The notes below the pieces were generated by a model. The model was given only the letters and a program-made list of their open reading frames with translations, did not search any database and had not been told where the DNA came from. From assembly GCA_963849155.1 (NCBI GenBank), contig CAWKGL010000003.1, forward strand, positions 32,123 to 96,122: a stretch of DNA of 64,000 nt, given 5' to 3'. Positions 30,164 to 39,354 of the stretch are shown here, piece by piece; position 1 is the stretch's first letter; each line of letters begins with the position of its first letter. A program made the position numbers and the translations under genes. The DNA comes from an uncultured Acidimicrobiaceae bacterium (GTDB lineage Bacteria > Actinomycetota > Acidimicrobiia > Acidimicrobiales > RAAP-2).

Positions 30164-30667
30164 TTAGAGGTTCGCATGGACCTTTTGCCACGTCGAGGCG
30201 AGCGATTCAGGCAGGACCCTCGTCTCGGCGATCGACGTCATGAAGTTCGTATCCCCGCTCCAGCGCGGCAGGACGTGGGCGTGCAGGTGCTTGGGGATCC
30301 CCGCGCCCGCCGCGTGACCGAGATTGAATCCCACGTTCATGCCGTCGGGACCGTAGGTCGCCTCGAGCGCGAGCACCGTCTTGCGCAGGGTCCAGAAGAA
30401 CTCCGCGTATTCGTCGTCGCGCAGTTGACCCAGTTCCGCGACGTGGCGACGCGGCAGCACCAGCAGATGACCCGATCCGTAGGGGAAGGCGTTGAGGGTG
30501 ACGAAACTGGTGTCGCTTCGAAACAGCACACCCGACGATTCGCTCACCTCCTCGTTCGCCAAGGCGCAAAAGACACATTCGCCGTGGTCGCTCGCGTGTT
30601 CGCTCGCGCTCACGCTGCTCACGTACTCCTCGCGCCACGCCGCCGAGAAGCGCTCGAGGGCCATCAC
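30164..30667 (-). CDS. HIT family protein (Ap4A phosphorylase-like)
   Basis: CVFC, LNAFPYGSGHLLVLP, NLGHAAGAGI, HLHAHVLPRW and GDTNFM. Confidence 0.9.
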   Translation of the reverse strand: MMALERFSAAWREEYVSSVSASEHASDHGECVFCALANEEVSESSGVLFRSDTSFVTLNAFPYGSGHLLVLPRRHVAELGQLRDDEYAEFFWTLRKTVLALEATYGPDGMNVGFNLGHAAGAGIPKHLHAHVLPRWSGDTNFMTSIAETRVLPESLASTWQKVHANL

Positions 30668-32649
30668 GGGCCTTCGGGCGACGCGTGGCTCGCGATCTCG
30701 AGTGCGAGTCGTGCGCGAAACTGCTCGACGCCCACGCCACGTTCGGGGTCGTTCGAACCGCGTGCGTTCACGCCGAGCGTGGTGTCGGCGACGTCGTCGT
30801 CGCCCACGACCAGGATGTAGGGGATCTTCTCCAGTTTCGCGCGTCGGATTCGCGCCCCGAGCGGCTCGTTGGCTTCTTCGAGTCCCACCCGAACGCCGTC
30901 AGCACCCAGCACGGCGGCGACCTCGGCGGCGTAGCGGTCGTGGTCATCGCGCACGCCGAGCACCCGTACTTGCTCGGGACTGAGCCACGTGGGCATGTTG
31001 CCCGCGTAGTGCTCGATGAGGATCGCCATGAAGCGCTCCACCGATCCGAACAACGCGCGATGGATCATGATCGGACGGGTGCGTGCGTTGTCCGCGCTGA
31101 CGTAACTCGCCTCGAAACGTTGCGGCGTCTGGAAGTCCAATTGGATCGTGGACAACTGATGGGTCCGTCCGATGGCGTCGCGCGCCTGGACCGAGATCTT
31201 GGGGCCGTAGAAGGCGCCGCCGCCCTCGTCGAGCACGAGTTCGAGTCCCACGCTGTTGGCCACTCGCTCCAGGGTGGCTTCGGCCTCGGCCCACTCCTCG
31301 TCGCTGCCCACGGCCTTGCCCTCGGGGCGCGTCGAGAGCTCGAGGTAGAAGTCGTTGAGTCCGAAATCGCGCAACAGGTTCAAGACGAAGTTGAGCAGAC
31401 TGGTCAACTCGTCACTCATCTGTTCACGAGTGCAGAAGATGTGCGCGTCGTCCTGGGTCATGCCACGCACGCGCGTCAGACCGTGCACGGATCCGGACAG
31501 CTCGTAGCGGTAGACCGAACCGAACTCGAAGAGGCGAAGGGGCAGCTCGCGGTAACTGCGTTGGCGCGATTTGAAGATCAAGACGTGGAACGGGCAGTTC
31601 ATGGGCTTGAGGTAGTACTGCTGTCCGTCGTCGAGATCCATCGGGGGGTACATCGAATCCGCGAACCATTGAAGGTGACCCGAGGTCTCAAAGAGTTCGG
31701 ATTTGGCGATGTGCGGGGTGTTCACGAACTCGTAGCCACCCTCGACGTGGCGTTGGCGCGAATACTCCTCCATCACCCGACGCATCGTCCCGCCCTTGGG
31801 ATGAAACACCGCCAAGCCAGGACCGATTTCGCTCGGGAAGGAGAACAGGTCGAGTTCGGCCCCAAGACGTCGGTGGTCGCGCTTCTCGGCCTCCTCGAGC
31901 TGGGTGAGGTGGGCCGCCAGGGCCTTCTCGCTCTCCCAGGCGGTGCCGTAGATGCGCTGGAGTTGCGGACGCTTCTCGTCGCCGCGCCAGTAGGCCCCCG
32001 CGACGCGCATCAGCTTGAAGTGACCCAGTCGCGAGGTCGACGGCACGTGAGGGCCACGACAAAGGTCAGTGAAGGACGGCGAATTCGAGTACGTCGAAAC
32101 CACCGACGCGCTCTCGACCTCGCCGAGGTCCTCGTCGCTGGCGCCGGCCTTGACGGCGTTGATGATCTCGACCTTGAACGGCTGGTCCTCGAACAGCGCG
32201 AGACCCTCGTCGTAGGAGTACTCGTGACGCGTGAAGGGCTGGTCCTCGTTCACGATGGCGCGCATCTCGTCCTCGATCCGCGCGAGGTCGTCGTCGCTGA
32301 AGTGCTGTCCACCCGGTAGTTCGAAGTCGTAGTAGAAACCGTTCTCGATCGCGGGTCCAATCGCGTAGTGCGCACCGGGCCAGAGACGGGTCACCGCTTG
32401 GGCCAAGACGTGGGCGGTCGAGTGGCGAAGGATGTCGCGGCCGTGCGAGGAAGTGGGGGTCACGATCGAGACCATCGCGCCGTCGGTGAGCGGACTCGCG
32501 AGGTCGCTCAAGCGACCGTCGATCTCGATGGCCAGTGCGTCCTTGGCGAGTCGCGCCCCGATGGACGCCGCGAGGTCCTTTCCGGTCGCCCCCGCGGGCA
32601 GCGAACGCGCACTGCCGTCGGGCAGGAGTACGTCAATATCCGACATCAT
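30664..32649 (-). CDS. thrS: Threonine--tRNA ligase
   Basis: TGS domain, LRHSTAHVLAQAV, DLCRGPHV, RDHRRLG, KPMNCPFH, GLTRVRGMTQDDAH, FYGPKI and HRALFGSVERF. Confidence 0.97.
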   Translation of the reverse strand: MMSDIDVLLPDGSARSLPAGATGKDLAASIGARLAKDALAIEIDGRLSDLASPLTDGAMVSIVTPTSSHGRDILRHSTAHVLAQAVTRLWPGAHYAIGPAIENGFYYDFELPGGQHFSDDDLARIEDEMRAIVNEDQPFTRHEYSYDEGLALFEDQPFKVEIINAVKAGASDEDLGEVESASVVSTYSNSPSFTDLCRGPHVPSTSRLGHFKLMRVAGAYWRGDEKRPQLQRIYGTAWESEKALAAHLTQLEEAEKRDHRRLGAELDLFSFPSEIGPGLAVFHPKGGTMRRVMEEYSRQRHVEGGYEFVNTPHIAKSELFETSGHLQWFADSMYPPMDLDDGQQYYLKPMNCPFHVLIFKSRQRSYRELPLRLFEFGSVYRYELSGSVHGLTRVRGMTQDDAHIFCTREQMSDELTSLLNFVLNLLRDFGLNDFYLELSTRPEGKAVGSDEEWAEAEATLERVANSVGLELVLDEGGGAFYGPKISVQARDAIGRTHQLSTIQLDFQTPQRFEASYVSADNARTRPIMIHRALFGSVERFMAILIEHYAGNMPTWLSPEQVRVLGVRDDHDRYAAEVAAVLGADGVRVGLEEANEPLGARIRRAKLEKIPYILVVGDDDVADTTLGVNARGSNDPERGVGVEQFRARLALEIASHASPEGP

Positions 32650-32662
32650 CGCCTTTCGTTCC

Positions 32663-33784
32663 CTACAGCGTAATGCCGAGCAACGCCGCGGCGGGAGCGA
32701 CGTTGACACCCGCGTGCGCGGCGTCGTCGATCGCACGAAGCGCGCCGGGACTGTCGAGGTCGTCGTCGAGTGCGGCACGAACGTCCTCGATCGCCGAACC
32801 CACCCGTCCGGTGCCGAGCGTCGATCGCCAGGTCGCCAGACGCGACTGCGCGCGTGACAAGAGCTCCTCGCGCCATTCCCAATCGACTCGGTAGTGCTGG
32901 TCCAGCAGTGACAGGCGAACCGCGGCGGGTTCGGCGCGAGCGACGAGGTCGTCGACGAAGACCAGGTTGCCCAGCGACTTGGACATCTTGGTCCCGTCGA
33001 GGCCCACCAGGCCCACGTGCATCCAGTGCTTGACGAAGGGGCGGCCCGTCACCGATTCGCTCTGGGCGGCTTCGCACTCGTGATGGGGAAAGGCCAGGTC
33101 CCGCCCTCCCCCGTGCACGTCGAGGGTCTCACCCAGGTCTCGCAGGGCGAGCGCCGAACACTCGATGTGCCAGCCGGGTCGACCGGGGCCCCACCGCGAC
33201 TCCCAGGCCGGTTCATCCTCGAGCGACGGTTGCCAGAGAACGAAGTCGAGTGGATCGCGCTTGCGCGGGTCCTCGGGCCTGCCGCCGTGCTGGGCGGCGA
33301 GTTCGAGCATCGTCGCGCGGTCCTCGTGGGAGACCTGGCCGAATCGCGGGAACTTCGAAACCTCGAAGTAGACGTTCCCGTCAACCTCGTAGGCGAGGCC
33401 ACGATCGAAGGTCGCGCCGATCAGCGAGAGGATCTCGGGGATCGCGCCGGTCGCGCGCGGTTCGGAATAGACCGCCAGCAGGTTGATCAGTTGCATGTCG
33501 CGGTCGAAACGCGCCATCTCCTGGGCCGCCAGGTCCAGATAGTTGACGCCCAGTTCTCGGGCCTTGCGCAAGATGTCGTCGTCGACGTCAGTCACGTTGC
33601 GCACGCAACGAGTCTCGTGACCGGCGTCGCGCAGACGTCGCTGGAGCACGTCAAAGGAGAGGTAGACGAACGCGTGACCGAGGTGCGCCGAGTCATAGGG
33701 GGTGATCCCGCAGCTGTACATCGTGACGAGTGGTCCCGCCTCGAGCGTGAAGACACCCTGGCGGGCGCTGTCAAAGAGACGCAC
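32663..33784 (-). CDS. mshC: MshC-type cysteine ligase (L-Cys:GlcN-Ins ligase, CysRS paralog)
   Basis: CGITPYD (CysRS has CGPTVY), HLGH, NVTDVDD, PGWHIEC, DLAFPHHE and KMSKS. At about 373 aa it has no anticodon-binding domain and ends in DDDLDSPGAL. GTG 33784 overlaps the npdG stop. Confidence 0.75.
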   Translation of the reverse strand: MRLFDSARQGVFTLEAGPLVTMYSCGITPYDSAHLGHAFVYLSFDVLQRRLRDAGHETRCVRNVTDVDDDILRKARELGVNYLDLAAQEMARFDRDMQLINLLAVYSEPRATGAIPEILSLIGATFDRGLAYEVDGNVYFEVSKFPRFGQVSHEDRATMLELAAQHGGRPEDPRKRDPLDFVLWQPSLEDEPAWESRWGPGRPGWHIECSALALRDLGETLDVHGGGRDLAFPHHECEAAQSESVTGRPFVKHWMHVGLVGLDGTKMSKSLGNLVFVDDLVARAEPAAVRLSLLDQHYRVDWEWREELLSRAQSRLATWRSTLGTGRVGSAIEDVRAALDDDLDSPGALRAIDDAAHAGVNVAPAAALLGITL

Positions 33785-34434
33785 TACAGTTCCAGCCCCG
33801 CCAGCTTCAGGTAGCTGTGCGCTTTGTGGCGGACGTTGAGCGAAATGCACACCGCCGTGAAGGCCTCGATGGGGCTGGCGAGCGAGAGTGACCCCGCCGC
33901 GACCGCTCGCAACCCGGGCATCGCGTCGACGAGCCCCACGACGTGATCAAGTGCGTCGGCGTGGTCGGAGAAGACGAGCACGTCCGCGTCCAGACCACTC
34001 TCGAGGTCCTGCATCTGCGCGGCGGGCAGGTGATGGAACGCCCCCACCACTCGGCTGTCGGGCAGGGCGAAGGCGAGTTGCGCGGCCATCGAGCCCCGTG
34101 CGGGATAGAGCGGCAGCAGTTCGCGACCCTCGCGGGTCAGCGCGTTCACCATCGAGATGACGACTTTTCCGGCTAGAGAATCGCGCAGTGGCGCAACCGT
34201 CGCGATCGCCGAGTCCCACGGCGTCGCCACGACCACGACGTCGCACGCCGCGGCGACGTCATTGGCCGCGCCCGCGATCGCGCCCGAGAGTCCCGCGTTG
34301 AGCGACGTCGCGACGTCACTCGCGCGAGCGGCGTCGCGCGAACCCAGTACGACGTCAAAGCCGACGCTCGCCAGTCGAATCGCGACACCTCGTCCCGCAG
34401 GACCGGTGCCACCGAGAATGCCCACTGTTTCCAT
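33784..34434 (-). CDS. npdG: NADPH-dependent F420 reductase (F420H2:NADP+ oxidoreductase)
   Basis: GILGGTGPAGRGVAIRLA, GSRDAARA, VVATPW, VVISMVNAL and VVGAFHHLPA. Confidence 0.85.
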   Translation of the reverse strand: METVGILGGTGPAGRGVAIRLASVGFDVVLGSRDAARASDVATSLNAGLSGAIAGAANDVAAACDVVVVATPWDSAIATVAPLRDSLAGKVVISMVNALTREGRELLPLYPARGSMAAQLAFALPDSRVVGAFHHLPAAQMQDLESGLDADVLVFSDHADALDHVVGLVDAMPGLRAVAAGSLSLASPIEAFTAVCISLNVRHKAHSYLKLAGLEL

Positions 34435-34478
34435 CGTCGTCCTTACGGTTTTCGTTGCCTCGAAGTACGCTTAACACT

Positions 34479-35258
34479 ATGGGACTACTCGACAATCATC
34501 GAATTCTTATCACCGGTGTGCTCACGGACGATTCACTGGCCTTCGGTATTGCCCAGCGCGTCCTCGAAGAGGGCGCGACCATCGCGCTCTCGGGCGCGGG
34601 ACGCGGGATTTCTCTCACTCGACGCGTGGCGAAGAAACTCGGTGACGTGGGCGAAATCATCGAGCTCGACGTCACCGATCCCGCCCAGATCGACGCCGCG
34701 GTCCTCGACGTGCAGGCCCGCTTCGGACGCCTCGACGGACTGGTGCACGCCATAGGTTTCGCTCCGCCGTCGTGCCTGGGCAGCGGCATGTTCGCCTCGC
34801 CGTTCGAGGACGTGGCGCTGGCGATGCAGATCTCGACCTATTCATTGGCGGCGCTCGTGGGCGCCTTTCGACCGCTCCTGCAAAAGAGCGAAGCCCACGG
34901 CGGCGCGTCGGTGATCGCCCTGGACTTTGACGGCTCGCGGGCCTACCCGATGTACGACTGGATGGGCGTCATGAAGGCCGGCCTCGAGTCCCTCGGACGC
35001 TACCTGTCACGCGAAGTGGGTCCGGACAAGATCCGGATCAACATGCTCGCGGCCGGTCCGGTACGCACGATGGCCGCCAAGTCGATTCCCGGCTTCTCGC
35101 TCTTCGAGGACACCTGGGCCGAGAGGGCCCCGCTCGGTTGGGACGTGCACGACTCCTCGGCCGTCGCCGACACCGCGGTCGCACTCTTGTCGCCGCTCCT
35201 TCGCGCCACTACGGCGTCGGTGATCCACGTCGACGGCGGCGCGCACGCGATGGGCTGA
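34479..35258 (+). CDS. fabI: Enoyl-ACP reductase (FabI/InhA type)
   Basis: ITGVLTDDSLAF, LDGLVHAIGFAP, ISTYSL, YDWMGVMKAGLES, AGPVRT, APLGWD and IHVDGG. Confidence 0.92.
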   Translation: MGLLDNHRILITGVLTDDSLAFGIAQRVLEEGATIALSGAGRGISLTRRVAKKLGDVGEIIELDVTDPAQIDAAVLDVQARFGRLDGLVHAIGFAPPSCLGSGMFASPFEDVALAMQISTYSLAALVGAFRPLLQKSEAHGGASVIALDFDGSRAYPMYDWMGVMKAGLESLGRYLSREVGPDKIRINMLAAGPVRTMAAKSIPGFSLFEDTWAERAPLGWDVHDSSAVADTAVALLSPLLRATTASVIHVDGGAHAMG

Positions 35259-37133
35259 TCAACGCTCCTGTTTGGCGAACTGGGTCTGATAGAGGTCGTG
35301 GTAGAGGCCCCCGGCGGCCAGTAGTTCGTGGTGCGTGCCGCGCTGGACGATGCGACCCTCGTCCACCACGAGGATCTGATCGGCGTTTCGGATCGTCGAC
35401 AGCCGGTGCGCGATGACGAGCGAGGTTCGTGACGACATGGTCTGGTCGAGTGCGCGCTGAACACCCGCTTCGCTCTCGGCGTCCAGGTGCGCGGTCGCCT
35501 CGTCGAGCACGACCACGTGCGGCGACTTCAACAAGAGCCTCGCGAGCGCGACGCGCTGCTTCTCGCCGCCCGAGAGCCGGTACCCCCGCTCGCCCACGAC
35601 GGTCTCCAGACCGAGGGGCAGGGTCTCGATGAGGTGCCAGATCTGCGCCGCGCGCAGCGCCTCTTCGAGTTCGGCGTCGGTGGCGTCGGGTTTGGCGAAG
35701 ACCAGGTTCACGCGCAAGGTGTCGTGAAAGAGGTGCGGGTCCTGGGTGACCACGCCGACGGTGGCGTTGAGTGACGCCGTCGTCGCGTCGCGAACGTCGA
35801 CGCCGTTGATGCTGACCGAACCCCGATCGATGTCGTAGAGACGCGAGACCAGCAATGAAATGGTCGTCTTGCCCGCGCCACTCGGACCCACGAGGGCGGT
35901 CATGGTTCCTGGTTCGACGACGAAACTCAAGTCGAACAAGACCTGGCTGCGCGGCGTGTCGTCGAGTCGCGCCACCGCCTCGAGCGACGCCAGGGACACC
36001 TCGTCGGCGCCCGGGTAGGAAAAGTCCACGTGGGAGAACTCGAGGCGCGCCGGTCCCTCGGGGATCGCGACCGCGTTCGCGCTTTGCTTGATCATCGGTT
36101 CGAGGTCGAGCACCTCGAAGAGCCGTTCGAAGCTGACCATGGCCGACATGTAGTCGATGTTGAGGTTCGACAACTGGGTCAACGGACCGTACAGCCGGGT
36201 CAGGTAGGCCGTGAGCGCCACCACGGTGCCGACCGCGAGCGCGCCGTGCAAGACCTCGACGCCACCGAATCCGTAGGCGAAGGCCGTCGCCAGTGACGCG
36301 GTGAGCGACAGTGAGATGAAGAAGAACCGTTGATACGTGGCCTGGCGAATACCGATGTCGCGCACCTGGCCCGCGCGATCGGCGAAGTGCTCGATCTCGT
36401 CCTTGGGGCGACCGAAGAGCTTGACGACCATCGCGCCCGCCACGTTGAAACGCTCGGTCATCACCATGTTCATCTCCGCGTTGAGTTCCATACCCCGCTG
36501 GAAGAGCGTGCCGAGCTTGCGGCCCACGCGACGAGCGGGCACGAGGAATATCGGCAACAAGCACAGGGCCACGAGCGTGATCTGCCAGCTCAGCACGAAC
36601 ATCGTGCCCAGGATGATCGCCACCAGCACCACGTTGCCCACGACGTTGGAGAACAGGTCGGTGAAGGCCTGCTGGGCCCCGATGACGTCGTTGTTGAGCC
36701 GACTGATCAGCGCGCCGGTCTGGGTGCGCGAGAAGAAGGCGATGGGCATCTCCTGGATGTGCTGGAACACCCGCGCGCGAAGATCGAAGATGAGGCTCTC
36801 GCCGATGACCGCGGAGATTCGCCGCTCGAACAGGGCGAGGACCGCGTCAAACAGGGCGAGGACCGCGGTCAGCACCGAGAGCCCGATGATGAGGCCCTCG
36901 CGGTGGCCCTCGATGCCCTTGTCGATGATCGCGCGCAGCAACAACGGCGATACCGAACTCACGACGGCGTCGAGGATCACCGCGGTGATGAAGACCACCA
37001 GCGCGAGCTTGTACGCCCGGGCGAACTGCAGGATTCGCGGGAGCGTGCCTCTCTTGATGCGGTGCTCGAGCAGGTCGCGGCTGCGGGTCATGCCGCGCAT
37101 GCCCATGCGGCCAGGTCCTCCGTGCATACTCAT
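35259..37133 (-). CDS. ABC transporter, fused permease and ATP-binding (exporter type)
   Basis: TMD plus NBD with GPSGAGKTT, LSGGEKQRVALAR and LDEATAHLD. A GAAGGAG SD precedes ATG 37133. Confidence 0.92.
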   Translation of the reverse strand: MSMHGGPGRMGMRGMTRSRDLLEHRIKRGTLPRILQFARAYKLALVVFITAVILDAVVSSVSPLLLRAIIDKGIEGHREGLIIGLSVLTAVLALFDAVLALFERRISAVIGESLIFDLRARVFQHIQEMPIAFFSRTQTGALISRLNNDVIGAQQAFTDLFSNVVGNVVLVAIILGTMFVLSWQITLVALCLLPIFLVPARRVGRKLGTLFQRGMELNAEMNMVMTERFNVAGAMVVKLFGRPKDEIEHFADRAGQVRDIGIRQATYQRFFFISLSLTASLATAFAYGFGGVEVLHGALAVGTVVALTAYLTRLYGPLTQLSNLNIDYMSAMVSFERLFEVLDLEPMIKQSANAVAIPEGPARLEFSHVDFSYPGADEVSLASLEAVARLDDTPRSQVLFDLSFVVEPGTMTALVGPSGAGKTTISLLVSRLYDIDRGSVSINGVDVRDATTASLNATVGVVTQDPHLFHDTLRVNLVFAKPDATDAELEEALRAAQIWHLIETLPLGLETVVGERGYRLSGGEKQRVALARLLLKSPHVVVLDEATAHLDAESEAGVQRALDQTMSSRTSLVIAHRLSTIRNADQILVVDEGRIVQRGTHHELLAAGGLYHDLYQTQFAKQER

Positions 37134-37186
37134 TGGGGCTCCTTCGCCAGTAGCAGTGTAGGAACTGACGGACTTGGGCCGCGCAC

Positions 37187-37828
37187 CTAAGAGAAGATGG
37201 CGCTGGTGACGATGAGCACGCCCAGCGCGCACATCACGCAGCCCCCGATGGTGCGCAGCACCACGAGTCGACTCGGCGATCCCGACAGCCACTCCCTCGC
37301 GGTGCCGGCGATGAGGCCCCACGTTCCATCACTGCAGAAGGCCATCACACTAAAGACGCAACCGAAGATGACCAACTGCGCCGTCACGTTACCCTTCGTG
37401 CGGTCCACGAAGTGCGGAAACACCGCGACGAAGAAGATGAGCGACTTCGGATTCAAGACGCCCACCGTGAAACCCTGTCGCACGACGCGCAGGTTCGCGG
37501 GTCGTTGCGCCTCGCGCTGGGTCATCGCCTGGGCGTGGGCGTGACGGTGTCGAAGTGCGTCAGAGCCGAGCCACAGCAAGTAGAGACCGCCCCCCAACTG
37601 CAGGACGATCGACAGGGTCTTTGAGTGCGCGAGCAAGGGTCCCAGTCCCACCGCCACCACGAGCGAGAGCAGCAGTGTGCCGATGCTGTTGCCCAGTACC
37701 GTCAGGACCGCGACCGCGCGGCCCCACGCGACCCCGCGCGCCAAGGTGAACAAGACGCTCGGCCCGGGAACCATGATGATCAAGATCGACGCGACGAAGA
37801 ATTGGGCGAAGTGACTGGCGCTGATCAC
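37187..37828 (-). CDS. LysE/RhtB family translocator
   Basis: PGPSV, GGLYLLWLG and GFTVGVLNPKSLIFF. GTG 37828 overlaps the upstream gene's stop. Confidence 0.9.
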   Translation of the reverse strand: MISASHFAQFFVASILIIMVPGPSVLFTLARGVAWGRAVAVLTVLGNSIGTLLLSLVVAVGLGPLLAHSKTLSIVLQLGGGLYLLWLGSDALRHRHAHAQAMTQREAQRPANLRVVRQGFTVGVLNPKSLIFFVAVFPHFVDRTKGNVTAQLVIFGCVFSVMAFCSDGTWGLIAGTAREWLSGSPSRLVVLRTIGGCVMCALGVLIVTSAIFS

Positions 37829-38478
37829 GACGACCACTTTCGCACGCACCAGCTCACGGCGTTCAGGTTCACCCCGATGCTGAAACCGATGGTCGCGGCG
37901 AAGAACGCGGTGCCGACCCCCACGGTGCCGCCGAGCAACCAGCCCACGACCAGCACCGCGACTTCGAGCGTGAGTCGCACGTAGACCACGCTCACGCCGA
38001 GACGACGGTGCAGGCTCGTCATGAGTCCGTCGCGAGGACCCGGTCCGAGTCCGCACGTCAGGTACAGCGCGCTGCCCACCCCGATCAGCGCGACCGCTCC
38101 CACGTCGAAGGCGGCCTTGACCCAGTCGTCGTGCGGCACGGGCACTGTCGACGAGACGATGTCGAGGACGTAGGCAATGATGATCAGGTTCGCGATGGTG
38201 CCGATGCCGGGCCGTTCGCGTAGCGGGAACCACGCGAGTAGGACCACGCAGCTGATGGCGGCGGTAGACCAACCGAGCGAGACGTGCGCGTGGCGCGCGA
38301 CACCCTGGGCGAAGACCGTCCAGGGCGTCGCGCCCCACTGCGCCACGACCAAGAGACCCTCACCGCAACCGAACATCGTCAGACCCACCACCAGCGGGAG
38401 GACCATTCGCGGTCTGAGCGACCACGTACCCGGTGCTCGCCACGGCGTCTCCGGGATCCGGTGGCTGAGCTTCACCAT
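37825..38478 (-). CDS. YczE/YyaS/YitT family membrane protein
   Basis: G.TPWTVFAQG, RERPGIGT, LGPGPRDGLM and LGGTVGVGT. Confidence 0.85.
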   Translation of the reverse strand: MVKLSHRIPETPWRAPGTWSLRPRMVLPLVVGLTMFGCGEGLLVVAQWGATPWTVFAQGVARHAHVSLGWSTAAISCVVLLAWFPLRERPGIGTIANLIIIAYVLDIVSSTVPVPHDDWVKAAFDVGAVALIGVGSALYLTCGLGPGPRDGLMTSLHRRLGVSVVYVRLTLEVAVLVVGWLLGGTVGVGTAFFAATIGFSIGVNLNAVSWCVRKWSS

Positions 38479-38541
38479 CCGAGCAACGCTAGTGGTCCCT
38501 TAGGACCAACGGGGAAGGTCAGTCCACTCGCCCGTCACTGC

Positions 38542-38774
38542 TCAATCCTCGGCGAGCGCCGCGAACTCGCGCTTGACGTTCTTGTACCAGGACATCGCCC
38601 CCAGGGGATTCTTCCATCGGCCCCTCATGTCTTCCCGCGCAGCGCCGTGCGTCGCGTCGCCGCTCGCCACCTCGGCCTTGAGGTGGCGGTCCTGGTACGT
38701 GATCACGTCATCGGCGCTCAGCGTGGTGCGCGAGGTCACGGTCCACCGAGCTGTCGACAGGTCATGGTCTTCAT
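38542..38774 (-). pseudogene. Frameshifted small protein gene (MKTMTCRQLGGP..., DUF1059-like)
   Basis: A GGAGAGG SD precedes ATG 38774. MKTMTCRQLGGP hits TGA at 38736, and the C-terminal part (SADDVITYQDRHLK...KREFAALAED) continues in another frame. The family assignment is from memory. Confidence 0.6.
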
Positions 38775-39001
38775 GGTTCGTCCTCTCCGACCCGCGCAGA
38801 CAGTGCGGACCGACGCTACCGATACGGGTGCAGTGGACCTGGAGTCACACACGACGAACCGGTAGCTCACGTGCCGTCGAAAGCCATCGACGACCGCACT
38901 GAACGAAATGTTCGTTTCAGTTCGAGAGGATTCGTGGTCCAAACGTGCCCGAACGACAACCGTTGGGTGTCAAATGACCAACACACGTCGACAAGAACAT
39001 A

Positions 39002-39024
39002 ATAGTACAGATTTGTACTATACT
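39002..39024 (+). promoter_or_regulatory. Inverted-repeat operator overlapping a TATACT -10 element
   Basis: ATAGTACA-GATT-TGTACTAT is a perfect 8-bp inverted repeat (39002-39021). TATACT (39019-39024) sits 6 nt before GTG 39031. Confidence 0.7.
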
Positions 39025-39030
39025 AGTCAC

Positions 39031-39354
39031 GTGGTGAGTGGAGACTTAATCAAAGAGGCTCGCTTACGTGCCGGACTGACTCAAGCCGAATTGGGTGCGC
39101 GCCTCGGCAAGGCGCAGTCCGTGATTGCCCGCTGGGAACGTGACGACGCCTCACCAAGTCTTGAGACACTCCGAGGGGTCGTACGCGCATGTGGTTTCGA
39201 TCTCACGTTCTTCATGTCCAAATTTGACGACTCCAACGTGACGATTATTGACCAGCATCTTCGAATGACAACCGCCGAACGATTCAGCGATCTCATGACC
39301 CGGGTTCGGTTCCACGAGCAGCGTGAACAAAGGACGGCGAGACAGCGTGTCTGA
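39031..39354 (+). CDS. XRE/Cro helix-turn-helix protein (putative antitoxin/autorepressor)
   Basis: LIKEARLRAGLTQAELGARLGKAQSVIARWERDDASPSLETL; its stop overlaps the next gene's start region. Confidence 0.85.
   Translation: MVSGDLIKEARLRAGLTQAELGARLGKAQSVIARWERDDASPSLETLRGVVRACGFDLTFFMSKFDDSNVTIIDQHLRMTTAERFSDLMTRVRFHEQREQRTARQRV

Noticed and set aside
30685-32319. Long antisense ORFs (for example 30685-32319, 14238-15641, 10265-11665, 12484-13842, 18199-19230)
   Set aside because: They are shadows of well-supported genes on the opposite strand. High GC and codon bias suppress stop codons, and the translations contain no recognisable motifs.
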